In this document: piece after piece, positions 51,501 through 64,000 of the stretch
Numbering within the stretch: the stretch's first letter is position 1
Layout of the letters: every line of letters starts with the position of its first letter
Assembly: GCA_002104945.1 (NCBI GenBank)
Contig: MCFH01000032.1
Span: 434,001-498,000 of the forward strand
Direction: 5' to 3'
Source of the DNA: Piromyces finnis finn
Lineage: Eukaryota; Fungi; Neocallimastigomycota
DNA: 64,000 nucleotides
Translations under genes and position numbers: made by a program
Notes under the pieces: model-generated
Told to the model about the DNA's origin: nothing
Database searches by the model: none
The model's input: only the letters and a program-made list of their open reading frames with translations

Positions 51501-52827
51501 TATTCTTGACGTGGAAGTTCGATTTGAAGAGGGGAAGAGAAATGTCATTGCGGATGCTTTATCTAGATTAAAGACAAAATCGCAGGAACATACAGAAGAT
51601 AATTTGGATTGTAATGAAGTGGTTAATATTATATGTAATATTAATAGAATTAATAATCAAAATATTAATAATTTTATGGAGGAATATATCAATAAAAGAA
51701 TAATTAATATTGATGGTATTAAATATTACAAGCAAGGAGAGAAGCTCAGAAAAATCATTGAGGATATAGAGACCCAAGTTCAGTTGATAGAAATGGCACA
51801 TAGTATTGGTCACGAAGGTATTTTCAAAACCTATAACAGGTTAAAAAGAGATTATTATTGGACGCATATGAAAGAAGACGTAGTAAATTATATTAAATGT
51901 TGTTACCGTTGTCAAACACGTCGACCACAATCATTAAATAAAAACTCAGAAGATATAGCTACTCCTCCTGGATATCCTTTTTCCAGAGTTGGTTTAGACT
52001 TGATCGGGCCTCTTCCTAGAACAAAAAATAATAATAAATATATAATTGTATTAGTAGACTATTTAACAAAGTGGGTAGAAGCTGAACCATTAGCCACTGC
52101 AGAGTCAGAGGATGTAATAAACTTCTTAAAAAGAGTATTTGCTAGACATGGAGTTCCGGAAATTCTAGTGACGGATAATGGACCTCAATTTACATCGGAC
52201 AAAACAAAGGCTTTTCTGGACCTTCATGATGTTTATGTGCAATACATTACTACTTATCACCCAGCTTCTAACGGTGAAGTAGAAAATAGAAACAGAGAGA
52301 TCGGGAAATATTTACGTCTTTTAGGAGAAAATACGGACGACTGGGATGAAACACTTTATAGTGCTCTTTGGGCTTTAAGGACATGCAAGAATGAAGTAAC
52401 TAAATATAGTAGTTTTGAACTACTCTATGGTCGAAGAGACTTACAACCTTTTGAATTATCAATCAATATAGAAAAACGAAATGAACAAGAATCAGATGAG
52501 GAATATTGGCTACGTAAGTTTATCACACATGATAAATGGATTCGCGAAGCCATAAATAATATAGAAACAGCGAATAAATTATGGGAAGATCGCCGAAAAC
52601 AAATTAAAAGAATGAAAAGTAATTACAAACCTGGGGATTTAGTCTTAATAAAGTTATTCAATAGGAGAAAGTTAGACCCATACTTTACCGGACCATTACG
52701 TGTTGTTAAGAAAGAGTTGAATACGGTAACGGTATGTGATCCTGTTACAGGTGAGGTAGCAGAAAGAAACATTCATTTAAAGAATGTTATTCCCTATATC
52801 ACCGAGATTAACTTAGACAATGAATAA
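48493..52827 (+). CDS. pol: Element D Pol (PR-RT-RH-IN), entered by -1 frameshift at TTTAAAC; first Met at 48592
   Basis: FLDTCAS, YIDD, RTDAS, HSIGHEG..CYRC and DNGPQF motifs. 48493 is in frame with 48592 with no stop between. Confidence 0.94.
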   Translation, partial: FKLISGRRTTSINQTNLNDNKRNINHNNNNNNLMTIVTNNNDNNIYNNVSTNRNYNNNNDNNSNNINNNNNFNVDDSLLNNNNDVYIPEFNSINDKISYNINYENGNPSNLMVAVRKGKEKNKNKNLPYIDATHKPKLKDNPKPILTDAMLHNNKLPELRFPNASKNEQITSDNMGSSNITDNDKFNKINIQEDKSNKNDEDLLPENDSRDEEMFMEEDMESTAESLELNVPNEKDHDKEDVTLNSGTKILKNNKKKNKTEKLNYLIPSFVTEKNISNVKKQNKREKLKEINEKINKKINSESKEQEKSTEQNTSKERHINLMEDFEKYYIQDLVKEVASTEVMTKLAYLLDLFPKFRTEFLKALKLTPKQTITNVMTVISRNKIIKVHGKVENINCEIFLDTCASVNIITRSALNKYNINKPAIGRISETIFQAYSNSTTDTDIYELEISIGNKTFTDFFRVIDKDDLFDILIGVDSLKRNRFDINLVTDSLFYVDNNNNYLKLADLLYDIKPAVVTQNMDQRVEDSNPILLTMTVSNDNDKAHNTFVMKRNYINEIINTIPEEYKNLVFDLFTKFESVIATSTDDLGQSLLLPHKIELKPDVLPIKQRAYRLSKSQTEALKSELTKLINNKLIEPSSSTWSSPVVLVPKKNNKWRMCVDYRRLNNVTIKDSYALPLIDDIFYFINRNSKILTTLDLFSGYHQIPMHPNDREKTAFTTMFGNYNFRVMPFGLCNAPATFQREMNRIFFDLIGTCMFIYIDDLIVFSDSLESHVEDLSKIFKILKDNNLRINIEKCSFFKTEVELLGHILTINGISPIPNKISVISNWIPPKNVTQVKSFLGAIGYYRKFIKNFAQIAKPLFNLLKKDVPFVWTEECNSAFEDLKGRLISAPILSAPDYSKPFIIRTDASRDGLGGVLLQSMDDKTEVPIYFESRSLSSSENNYSITDLEGKAVFHCVKKFKPFITGNSMVTTVITDHKPLVGIFGNREPTNSRHLKWVTELSILDVEVRFEEGKRNVIADALSRLKTKSQEHTEDNLDCNEVVNIICNINRINNQNINNFMEEYINKRIINIDGIKYYKQGEKLRKIIEDIETQVQLIEMAHSIGHEGIFKTYNRLKRDYYWTHMKEDVVNYIKCCYRCQTRRPQSLNKNSEDIATPPGYPFSRVGLDLIGPLPRTKNNNKYIIVLVDYLTKWVEAEPLATAESEDVINFLKRVFARHGVPEILVTDNGPQFTSDKTKAFLDLHDVYVQYITTYHPASNGEVENRNREIGKYLRLLGENTDDWDETLYSALWALRTCKNEVTKYSSFELLYGRRDLQPFELSINIEKRNEQESDEEYWLRKFITHDKWIREAINNIETANKLWEDRRKQIKRMKSNYKPGDLVLIKLFNRRKLDPYFTGPLRVVKKELNTVTVCDPVTGEVAERNIHLKNVIPYITEINLDNE

Positions 52828-52843
52828 ATGTACAGGTGGAGCT

Positions 52844-52847
52844 AATA

Positions 52848-52905
<58 letters not shown>

Positions 52906-52908
52906 TAC

Positions 52909-52949
<41 letters not shown>

Positions 52950-52982
52950 TACATAATAATAATAATAATAATAATAATAATT
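52844..52982. repeat. Interrupted (AAT)n microsatellite in the D 3' non-coding region
   Basis: Visible AAT arrays with AAAAAATACAT interruptions. Confidence 0.9.
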
Positions 52983-54526
52983 AATAAGTTAATACATACA
53001 TATACACATCCATTCATATCCTTAATAATAAGATAAATTAATTAGTTACAATCATCTACATATATGAAGTGTATAGGATAAAATAATTCAATTATGAGTA
53101 ACCTAAGAGTATAGAAACACAATATAATTAAATAATATATATCCTCATTATATATAATATATAGATATAGGAAGTATAAAAAAAAATAAAATAATTAAAT
53201 TATAATAATATAGGATTATTTATATATCATCTATAAAAATCAGAATATGATAATAGATATGGATTCAAATAAATGAATATAGTAAATGAATAATAATAAT
53301 AATAATAATAGTTATAATATAATTTAAGTAGAATTTCTATATGAACATATAAAAGGAGCATATGAATATACATACATAAAGTAGAAATAATGAGAGAATT
53401 AAATAGTACTAATATATATATATAAACAACGGATATATGTAGAATAAAATATAATATGTATTATAAATCAAAATGAAATCATCAAATTTCCAATTAGAAA
53501 ATATAGAAATGTAAATTGTGAAATTCATCTAGCAAATTCTAATTTATAAATATAATAATAATGATATATATATGATAATAAAATAATAAAGATAATAATA
53601 TAAATAATATATAAATTAATAATTAATTATGTTTATTCATTAACTAAGACAAGAAAAATACATATATATGTGAAGACTAGATAAAAACGTAACATTTAAT
53701 TTCACATTCTTTATATATATAAAGCATATAAAAAAAAACAGAATTTTTTAAACTTACCTAAAAAAAAAAAAAATATATATAATATTTTAGATTTAAATAA
53801 TAAAAATAAAAAAAAAAAATATAAATTTTTTTTTCATTTATTAGGACATTATTTTATAACAAAAATTAATAATTATAATCTAGGTAATATCAATACAACT
53901 ATTAGTAATTTATTTAAAATGTAAACGGTAAGTTTAAGACTTCAAGGGACGAAGTCTAGACTAAGTGAGGGCGTTTTGATACGTTACCTCTATAAAAATA
54001 AGAAATTAGCATAAATTCTAGGTAAAAAGTAATTTAGGTTAGAAAATAGTAATAATATAATATTGTAGAATAAATTATTAATGTACATTAATGTACATAG
54101 TCAATAATAGTAATAATAATTCTAATAATATAGCAGAGTTATAGGAAAAAGGATATAAAAATAGTATAAAAAGAACAAAGAAAAAAAAAAGGAATAATTA
54201 GTGGGGAAGAATATTTTGGAAGAGAATTATTTAAAGGAGTTAAATAATTCTATTAGGTTATATTATTTGTTATTAAATATAAATTATTCTTATTCTTTTA
54301 ATTGTAAAAAAACCTTTCATTCATTAATTATAAATAAAGATTGAAGATATAACAAAAATATTATATAAATTACATGTTTCTTTCTTTCTATTTTACTTAT
54401 TAAAAGTATTGAAATTGTTATTATTAACTTCCTTTATTAGAATATATTATTTTATAATTCCCTATTTGCTTTGTCCTAAAATAAATAAATTATTTTGTGA
54501 TACTTTATGAAAATATTGTATCATAT

Positions 54527-55193
<667 letters not shown>

Positions 55194-55195
55194 AT

Positions 55196-56632
55196 TGTGA
55201 TAAATAATGAAATTAATAAATATAAAATTATTATTAAACCTGATTTTTAAGTTAACCCTAAAAGTAACTTAAAACAAATTATAGTTTAATTAAGTACTTT
55301 ACCAAAATTCTTAAATAAAATTAATCCTAAACACTGCATATATTTTGATTATTGAAAGAAAATAATAAACTTTAATTAATCGAGATCAAAATATAACTTT
55401 TGTTAAATTAATTGTTAAATTAAATATTTAATAACTTCGTTAGTAAATTACACTTTAAAAGTAAACAAATATAATAATTCATGTTATAAAATAATATAAT
55501 TAAACACCTTTATTAAAACATTAAAAATAATTATTACTTTAATTAATTGTAAAATAAACAACTATTTATATTCTTTAACTTTTAATTATTTCTTTTATTG
55601 TTATTTCTAATTACTTTTATTATTTTTATTGTAAATAGTTATTAATTTTATTGTTTTAATGTAAATAGTTTAAATTTAAAAGAAAATATAAATACATGTA
55701 AATATTCTTATTTTAATCATTATTATTATTATTAATAAAGAAATATTATATAGTTAGATTAATATTTTATAATTTTAATAATCACTTTTATACTTAAATA
55801 AATAAAATTTTAAATATTTAAATATTAGAAAAACAAGTGTTTCTAATAAAACAATTTAGTGTTTTAACAAAACAATTTTATTAATTTTTATAAAAACGAT
55901 CTTAAATCTTAATCAATATAACTTATATAGTTATAACAAAAGATATAATATAATAATCACTTTTTGAAGTAAAATTCAAAATTAAGATTATTATCAAATT
56001 ATATCAATTTTTGATAAATAATAATTATAAATATATTATAAATTTGATATTAGTAGAAAATTTTATTATAAAATAATTATTAAATAATTTTATATAGTTT
56101 ATTATAAAAATATAATTTACATAAAATCAAATATTTTATAAATTTATATATTTGATTGGGTTAAATTATAAAAATAATTTTTATTATAAAGAATAATAAT
56201 ATTTTTTAGTATAAAATAAGAAGACTTAGATTATTAATAATAAATTAAATTTTAATAATAGTTGATATAATTAATTAGTTAATACATAATAATATTTAAA
56301 AGACAAAAATAAGTTTTTATATAATAAAAATTATTGTTAAAAAGAGCGTAAGAACAATAAATAAAAGAAAATATAAAAACGAAATTAAACTTGTCTAATT
56401 TGTAATTATTGTGTTAATAATAAATAATATTTTATAGAATAAATCTGGTGTTATTATTCTATATAAATATTATTAAAATAATAAAACTATTAAAACTATA
56501 AAATAACTTAAAATAAATTAATAAAACTAGTAGATATTGTTAAAGCTCGTACAATAGCTGTCGAGATAAAACAATATAAGATAACAGAAGAAGTAGTTAA
56601 AAAGTTATAATATAACTACCAATCCGTTATCA
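55196..56632. repeat. LTR-like or composite segment F
   Basis: Starts TGTGATAAATAAT like E and ends CCGTTATCA; flanks do not match. Confidence 0.4.
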
Positions 56633-57263
56633 TTTTTGTATAAGAAATTAGATTTATTTTATAATAAATAATCTATATTTCTTATTAAAATTAATTTATT
56701 ATATTTTTTATTTAACCTTTAATATTTTATTAAATTTTATTAAATTTTATTATAATACATAATGTATTTTAAATGTAATGTAAATTATTGTATTTAGAAA
56801 AAATCGATTATTAGAATTTTCCCGAATCCATTCGGTTTTATCTAATAATACGATGATTGATAAGAATAGATTATTAATCGAAACTTTTCTAGTTTTTTCT
56901 TCTAATCTTTTTCTAGAAAAGAAATTTATTAAGATTAGAACTTTCTTTTATTCTTTAAGTTTTTATATAAAAAGACCTCTTGAGTTTCATTTGAAAATCA
57001 AGAGTTATTATTATAAGAAATTATAATAAATAACATAAATAAATTGATACACTTTTAACATAAATAAAACATTCTTGTAATAAAAAATATTTTAAAACCC
57101 TAACACAAACGTTATTTATAGGCTCTTATAATAAACTCGATAAGTATATTCTTTATTTTAATAAATAGTTTCATTATCATTATCTCATTTTAACAATTAG
57201 TGTTAAAATGTAGCTAATAATTTTATTATGTGAAATACTAATGCATATAATAAAATTATTACA

Positions 57264-57274
57264 ATAATAACTCT
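57264..57274 (+). promoter_or_regulatory. Self-priming PBS of G
   Basis: ATAATAACTCT abuts the LTR and is the exact complement of AGAGTTATTAT at 57001-57011. Confidence 0.82.
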
Positions 57275-57670
57275 TCAATGTAGTAAAATTAAAAAATGTA
57301 AATAAAATAATAAATCTAAAACTACGTATACATTAAAAAATTTTTAAATCAATTGCACCAATGAAAATTTTTTAAAAAAAAAAAAAACTTACCAATCAAA
57401 AGAAAAAAAAATTTACCAATTAAATATAATAAGAATAAGAATAATATAAAAATAATAAATAAAATTTAGTTTTGTAGAAAAAAGGGAATTTGTTTTCTTT
57501 TTTTTTCTGGAGGAAAAAAATAATAATAATAATATCAAATTTGGAATTAAAAAGAAACATTAAAACACTAGTATTACTATTACGTATAATTTTCATTATT
57601 AATCTATTATTTCCCTATACGACTTAATTTTTATTTTATTTTATTTTCTTACTTTATAACTTTTAGAATA

Positions 57671-60600
57671 ATGAATATAATTGGCGACGGTAGTCCTTGT
57701 GATGTGGATGCCTCGAAGTTAATTTCGGCTATAACCGAATACATCCCTACTTTCTTTGCATCTAACGGTGTTTTAGCCCTTGAAAATAAAACTAACGACA
57801 GTATGAATTTAAGTGAAATTCTTGGACAATGTGAAATGTTTTTCAAGGAACATTCTAACACATTTCAAAAGGATGAATCTAAATGTTCTTTTGTTGTTAA
57901 TAAACTTCAAGGTGCAGCAAGAAAATGGGGTTTATCTCTCATTGCTGATAGTACTATTAGTACTTTAAGTTATGAGAAATTCAAAAACTTATTGCTGGAT
58001 AACTTTGGGGATACAAAGGAACAAAAGTATATTCTTATAGAACAACTTTTGAACCTTAAACAGCATCATTTAGGGAAGGCAGCCAATTATACAATCGAGT
58101 TCAGAAGACTCTCTAAGAGAATCGGATGGCCTGACGAAGTATTCGTTGATCTTATTAGGAGAGGCCTTCTCGAAGAAGTGCAAAGGGAGTTCGACGAAGT
58201 GGACAGACCCAAGACGCTATTCGAAGCTACTAATATTATTATTAACCTAGACAAAAAATGTCTTATTAATAATAATATTTGTAATTTACATAACAAAAAG
58301 CTCAAGAATGACCATAAAGATAAGAAGTCCTTCGGAAGGAAATTATACAACTTTAACAAGATGGATAACAACAAGAAGATTAAAAATACTCAAAAAAGCC
58401 AGAAAAACAATGAAATACTTTCAGCCAATTACACGCCAAATAGAACAAATACGATGACTTCCACTTTCATCATCAAGACGAACAACAAAACATTGAAAGT
58501 TAAGCTGTTAATTGATTCAGGCTCAGCAAGGAGTTTCATCTGTAAGAACTTCGTTGTTATGAACAAACTACCAGTATCTAGTCTTCCATCCTCTATTAGT
58601 ATTCAATTACCAAACAACAAGAGAATGGCAATCAAACAGGTTACCAAGCGTATTAAGCTCTGTTTCTTGGATCATTCAGAACTCTTTGAATTCGGCGTAG
58701 CTAATCTTCAATTACAAGGTATTTCTGGTATTCTTGGGAGAGATTGGTTGAGCATATATAAACCTTATATTGACTTTCAAAATAATAGTATCTATTTCCT
58801 TGAAAATCACTGCCTTTCTCATTGCCCATCTTCAAAGGGTAAAAAGCTGACCTTTTTAGAAGAAAATATAGCCGCAGCGTTAATTGTTCCAGAAAAAAGA
58901 CCAACCGATTCTATTATCCCCTCATCTATATCGGAAGATGAGTTATATGATTCGGACATTTGCCTAGCTATGCCAGATACTGTCGAATTTTGCCGCGACG
59001 ATTTTAGTAAGGATAAAATTCTCTCAAAATACTACTCAGATTTGATGACTGTTTTCGAAAAGAAGAATGCGGACAAGCTCCCTCCTCATCGTCAGTATGA
59101 TATATCAATTGATCTAATTCCGGGTAGCCAGTTATTCTTTGGTCCAATTTATTCTTTAACTGTCGATGAAATGAATGCACTTAAAGAATATATTAGAGAA
59201 AATATTGCAAAAGGATTTATAAGAAAATCCAAGTCTCCTGCTGGTGCTCCCGTGTTGTTTGTTAAGAAGCATGATGGATCTTTACGTCTCTGTGTCGACT
59301 ATAGGAAATTGAATTCTATTACGATCCGTAATAGTTATCCCATCCCTCGCATCAATGACTTAATCGAATCGTTTAAGGGGGTTGAAATATTCTCTAGGCT
59401 CGATCTCAGATCCGCGTATAACCTGGTAAGGGTAAAAAAGGGACACGAATACCTTACTGCCTTCAGAACTCCTATAGGGCATTTCGAGTACCTTGTTATG
59501 CCGTTTGGTCTTAGAAATGCTCCTTCGGTATTTCAAAGATTCATCCAAGATGTTCTTTCGGATTCCATCGGGAAATTTGTTCAGGTTTATTTAGATGATA
59601 TTATTATCTATTCTATGAATGTCAACGATCACGCACAACACGTCCGTCATGTATTAAAGCGTCTTATCGATAATGGTCTTTATATTAAGTTAGAGAAATG
59701 TGATTTCCACGTTAAGGAAACATCATTTCTTGGGTTTATTGTATCCACTAGCGGTCTTCTTATGGACAAAGACAAAATAAAATCAGTCTCTGAATGGGCG
59801 ATACCAAAAAATACCAAGGAATTGCAAGGATTTCTTGGTCTATGTAACTTCTACAGGAAGTTTATCAAGAACTTTGCGAAAATCATGGAACCCCTTCGTC
59901 GACTTCTCAAGAAAGGTAATGCGTTTATTTGTGATGATGAGGCGTCCTCCGCCTTCAATAAATTGAAAGAAGCTTTTGACTCTGAAGATATATTACAATA
60001 CCCAGATTATGAAAAAGAATTTACAGTCGAGACTGACGCGAGTGATTTCGCAATTGGCTGTGTTCTTTCTCAAATTTGTGATACTGATAATTGTCTTCAT
60101 CCAGTTGCCTTCCACTCAAGATCATTGACTGATGCAGAAGTTAATTATACCATATATGATAAAGAACTTCTCGCTATCATCACAGCCTTTGATACTTGAA
60201 GACATCACCTCGAAGGCGCCAAATTCCCAGTTCAAGTAATTACCGACCATCGCAATCTCCTCTAATTAAAAAAGCCTCAGAGCTTAAATCAAAGGCAGAT
60301 TCGATGGAGTCTTTTCCTCTCCAAATTTGACTTTAGAATCTCTTATAGGCCAGGGGTCAAAGGTGGTAAACCAGACTCTTTATCAAGAAGGCCTGACTAC
60401 AAGAAATCAAGTATAAGTCTGAACACACAACCTCTAATAAATGATAATGTGTTTTGCTGTTCAACAATTGACAATATTAGTTGTCTTATTGATTCTCAAA
60501 AGTCAGATAAGTATTGTAGAGAAATTTTAAAAAAGATTTCTTCAACCAATAGCGATAAGATCAAAAGTTCTCTTTTCAGTATGATCGAAGGCGTTTTACA

Positions 60601-61620
60601 CTTTCAAAAGAGAATAATCGTGCCATCCAACCAAACATGAAGAAAGACATTCACAATTTTATACAATCTTGTACTATCTGTGGAAGAAACAAGATACGAA
60701 GACACAAACCCTATGGTTAAATCCAACCCTTACCTATTCCAAATGCACCATGGGAAATAATTGGAGTCGATTTTATAGTCTACCTTCCAAGTTCACAAGA
60801 TTGTACGTGTATAATGGTGGTATCTGACCATTTTACTAAGATGATACACCTTATTCCCTGTTCGGATGTTCCTTCTGCGGAATTGACTGCTAAATTATTG
60901 CTTTTTAACGTGTTTAGGTATCATGGGTTTCCAAAAACTATTATCTCAGATCATGGCTCCCAATTCTCGTCAGAATTTTGGTCTTCTTTGTGCTCTGCCC
61001 TTAATATTAAGGCTAGTCTCGCAACACCTCATCACCAGCAATCCAATGGCCAAGTGGAACGTGTTAATTCAGTAATTGAACAATACCTTAGGTGTTATTG
61101 TTCCTCAGCACAAAACGAGTGGTGTTTTTTCCTCCCTCTCTGTGAACTTGCATATAATAACTCCATACATAAGTCGATTGGAGTATCACCATTCTATGCA
61201 AATTATGGATTTAATCCAGTATGCAATATTGATTCCCCACCAATCTTACTTAAGGACAATGCTTCAGCTTTAACTAGGGACTGGTCTGCACACCTTAATG
61301 CTATTAAAACACATCTGGAAAAAGCTAAAGCATCATTTAAAAAATTCGGTGATTTGAAAAAATCTACTGGGCCAAAATTAAAAATAAACGATCTAGTGTG
61401 GCTCAAAAGATTCTATTTCTCCAATGAACCAGCTCGTAAACTTTCTAATCAATACTTAGGACCTTTCAAAATCATTGAAGAGAAGGGCAGAATGAACTAC
61501 CGACTAGAATTACCAGAGACCCTTCACATTCATCCGGTATTTCATATCTCTCAGTTGGAGCCTTATACTAAAAGAAACCCAGAATTAGAGGAAGAAACAA
61601 ATATAGAAGGGTCAATGTAA
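57671..61620 (+). pseudogene. gag-pol: Element G gag-pol with premature stops and an integrase N-terminal deletion
   Basis: The 842-aa ORF (Gag, LIDSGS, YLDD, ETDASD) stops at TGA 60197-60199 where Trp is expected. Further stops occur near 60264 and 60718. The first half of the HHCC finger is missing near 60627. Confidence 0.93.
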
Positions 61621-62246
61621 GAAATTAGATTTATTTTATAATAAATAATCTATATTTCTTATTAAAATTAATTTATTATATTTTTTATTTAACCTTTAAT
61701 ATTTTATTAAATTTTATTAAATTTTATTATAATACATAATGTATTTTAAATGTAATGTAAATTATTGTATTTAGAAAAAATCGATTATTAGAATTTTCCC
61801 GAATCCATTCGGTTTTATCTAATAATACGATGATTGATAAGAATAGATTATTAATCGAAACTTTTCTAGTTTTTTCTTCTAATCTTTTTCTAGAAAAGAA
61901 ATTTATTAAGATTAGAACTTTCTTTTATTCTTTAAGTTTTTATATAAAAAGACCTCTTGAGTTTCATTTGAAAATCAAGAGTTATTATTATAAGAAATTA
62001 TAATAAATAACATAAATAAATTGATACACTTTTAACATAAATAAAACATTCTTGTAATAAAAAATATTTTAAAACCCTAACACAAACGTTATTTATAGGC
62101 TCTTATAATAAACTCGATAAGTATATTCTTCTTTATTTTAATAAATAGTTTCATTATCATTATCTCATTTTAACAATTAGTGTTAAAATGTAGCTAATAA
62201 TTTTATTATGTGAAATATTAATGCATATAATAAAATTATTACATTT

Positions 62247-62901
62247 TGTTAAGGAACCAACAAATAATGTTATTCTTGTCATAATTATTGATTATGACCT
62301 AATCCATTATTGTTCCTAAATGTATGAAAACTTTACAATATTCTTATTTGTAAATTAATGTATACACTTAAATTATATTTAAAATTATTAATAATTATTT
62401 TTATTGAACTTAAATTTTATTTTATTAAATTTAAAAATTAATTTAGTAATAATAATATATTGGAAATTATAGTTTATTGAACTTTTAGTTTAATTTATCA
62501 AGTTAATTAATTTTTATTAATTAAATTATAAATAATATTTCTGTAAACTAGTAAAATTCTTTAGTTAAATATATTTAAAGTAAACTTTTAATGTATGTTA
62601 ATCAATTTAATAATATGTATAAATATTTATTATAATAGAAATGTAATTTTATTATTAATTTAAAAGTAATTTAAATACTAAAATTAATGTAAGTAATTAA
62701 AGACTAATTCTTTTAATTAACACTACTTAATTTTTTACAAAAAGTAAAAAAAGGTGTATATTATAAGAATTAGAGAATATACAGATATTTTTATTTTTAT
62801 TTTTATTTTTATTTTTATTTTTATTTTTATTTTTATTTTTATTTTTATTTTTATTTTTATTTTTATTTTTATTTTTATTTTTATTTTTATTTTTATTTTT
62901 A

Positions 62902-62932
<31 letters not shown>

Positions 62933-63071
62933 TTATAATTTTATATTAATATCTTAATAAAACAATTTTATTAATAAAACAATTTTTCTTATTTCATTTT
63001 AATATTATTTTTGAGTATTAATAAATTTATTAATATTTTATAAATAAAATTAAATTCCTCGAACCGTAACA
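62247..63071 (+). repeat. LTR H (5' LTR of an Ala-primed element), with a (TTTTTA)n expansion at about 62788-62928
   Basis: TGTTAAGGAACC...GAACCGTAACA; homolog of solo S; followed by a PBS. Confidence 0.88.
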
Positions 63072-63078
63072 TAAAAAT

Positions 63079-63095
63079 TGGTGGAGATATCGGGG
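63079..63095 (+). promoter_or_regulatory. PBS after H (same tRNA-Ala as B)
   Basis: TGGTGGAGATATCGGGG, identical to the B PBS over 17 nt. Confidence 0.85.
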
Positions 63096-64000
63096 AAAAT
63101 ATTAATAAAAATTATTAATACATAGGATAAAGTAATATTAAAATATTACTAAAATATTATATAAATTTATTAAAAATTTATTACCCTTCAAAGTTATAGG
63201 TAATATTTATATTACTGTTGAAGCTTTAAGGTATAATATTTTAGTAGAACTGAATTAGTACGCTTTAGAAGCAGTACTTTATTTAAGAATTAGTGGTTAG
63301 GTTTTTAGATCTAGTTTATCTTTCACAGTAGGATACTGGAAAGCGCTGAACCTTTCTATTTTGTTAGAGAAATAGAAGTGCCTCGCATAATTGCTACATG
63401 ACACTGGTAATACGGTAAGCTGGGCAATTGTGAACTACTTAAGCACCCTAAATAAGTATTGGAAAATTGCTGTGAAATGCTGTTCTACTATACTTATTAT
63501 TGTAATTAAAATTTTTAATAAATTTAATATTATTTTAGTATTTATAATTTTTTTTAAAAAAAAAATATTTTTTTTAATTGAACGATTTTTAAAAATTATT
63601 CTTTTTAAAATATAAATAAATAATTCGAAAGTGATCCTTAGCGTGGCAAGTTAAACTGCTGTACGTAATACTTTCGTGTTCAATTATATCTGATAATTGG
63701 GGAAGATAATCAATTATTTTCTTTCCGCTAATTAAGTTAGTGATAATAAAGAATTTAATTACGTTACTTCCCTTTATTAAATTATATTTAATATTAACCA
63801 TCGGGTATATTTGTGGCTTATCATCAAAGAGCTACGAGGGATTTTCACTTAGAATTACACAACCTATAATATTTGGTGGTCTAACATTATATAGGTTGGC
63901 CTATATTTATATAAAAAGAAATAAGTTTTTAAATAATAATTAATTAAAAAAAAATATAGATATATATATCTATTCTTTTTGTTGATTCTCTTCGAGTAAT

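Larger units (their letters stand above)
45346..54523 (+). mobile_element. Full-length Ty3/Gypsy element D (tRNA-Ala primed, related to B)
   Basis: LTRs at 45346-47028 (interrupted) and 53977-54523, TGATACG...TGTATCA; 4-bp TSD TATT at 45342-45345 and 54524-54527. Confidence 0.96.
56639..62243 (+). mobile_element. Ty3/Gypsy element G (both LTRs present, pol disrupted)
   Basis: LTRs at 56639-57263 (TG mutated to TA) and 61616-62243; TSD TTTTG at 56634-56638 and 62244-62248. Confidence 0.94.

Noticed and set aside
52808-53036. Poly-Ile/Leu and poly-Asn ORFs
   Set aside because: Translations of the (AAT)n microsatellite.
52828-53976. Possible env-like or extra ORF in the 1.15-kb 3' region of D
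   Set aside because: No ORF beyond repeat translations; the region is low-complexity non-coding DNA.
56639-60720. RIP-like hypermutation
   Set aside because: A few G-to-A changes are seen (LTR TG to TA, TGG to TGA), but neighbouring repeats are intact and there are too few sites to infer a process without alignment statistics.
62754-62957. (IF)n ORF
   Set aside because: Translation of the (TTTTTA)n array inside an LTR.

Overview
Extremely AT-rich eukaryotic DNA. The host is probably an anaerobic gut fungus (Neocallimastigomycota); this is inferred from composition and element types, not proven. I recognise no host protein-coding gene. The window holds three tRNA genes: a Ser(GCT)-Met(CAT) tandem on + at 37075-37239 and Gly(GCC) on - at 45261-45331. 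Nearly everything else is LTR retrotransposon sequence. Working names: A (13320-20017), C (30254-37063), G (56639-62243), G1 (1193-4786) and L (27719-30194) are Ty3/Gypsy elements with Tf1-type self-priming signals. B (20732-30245), D (45346-54523) and H/S are Ty3/Gypsy elements with tRNA-Ala primer sites. K (37279-43207) is a Ty1/Copia element. There are also about 15 solo or partial LTRs. Following the target-site duplications (TSDs) by hand shows the elements are not randomly nested. About 33 kb left of tRNA-Ser collapses to a 17-bp empty site (CAGTAAATAAGTGAGTA) directly upstream of the tRNA, hit sequentially about 12 times at -17..-7. A second stack runs rightward from tRNA-Gly. L-like elements hit a second fixed window at -61..-68 five times. 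All coordinates and TSDs were read manually; no alignment or database search was run.
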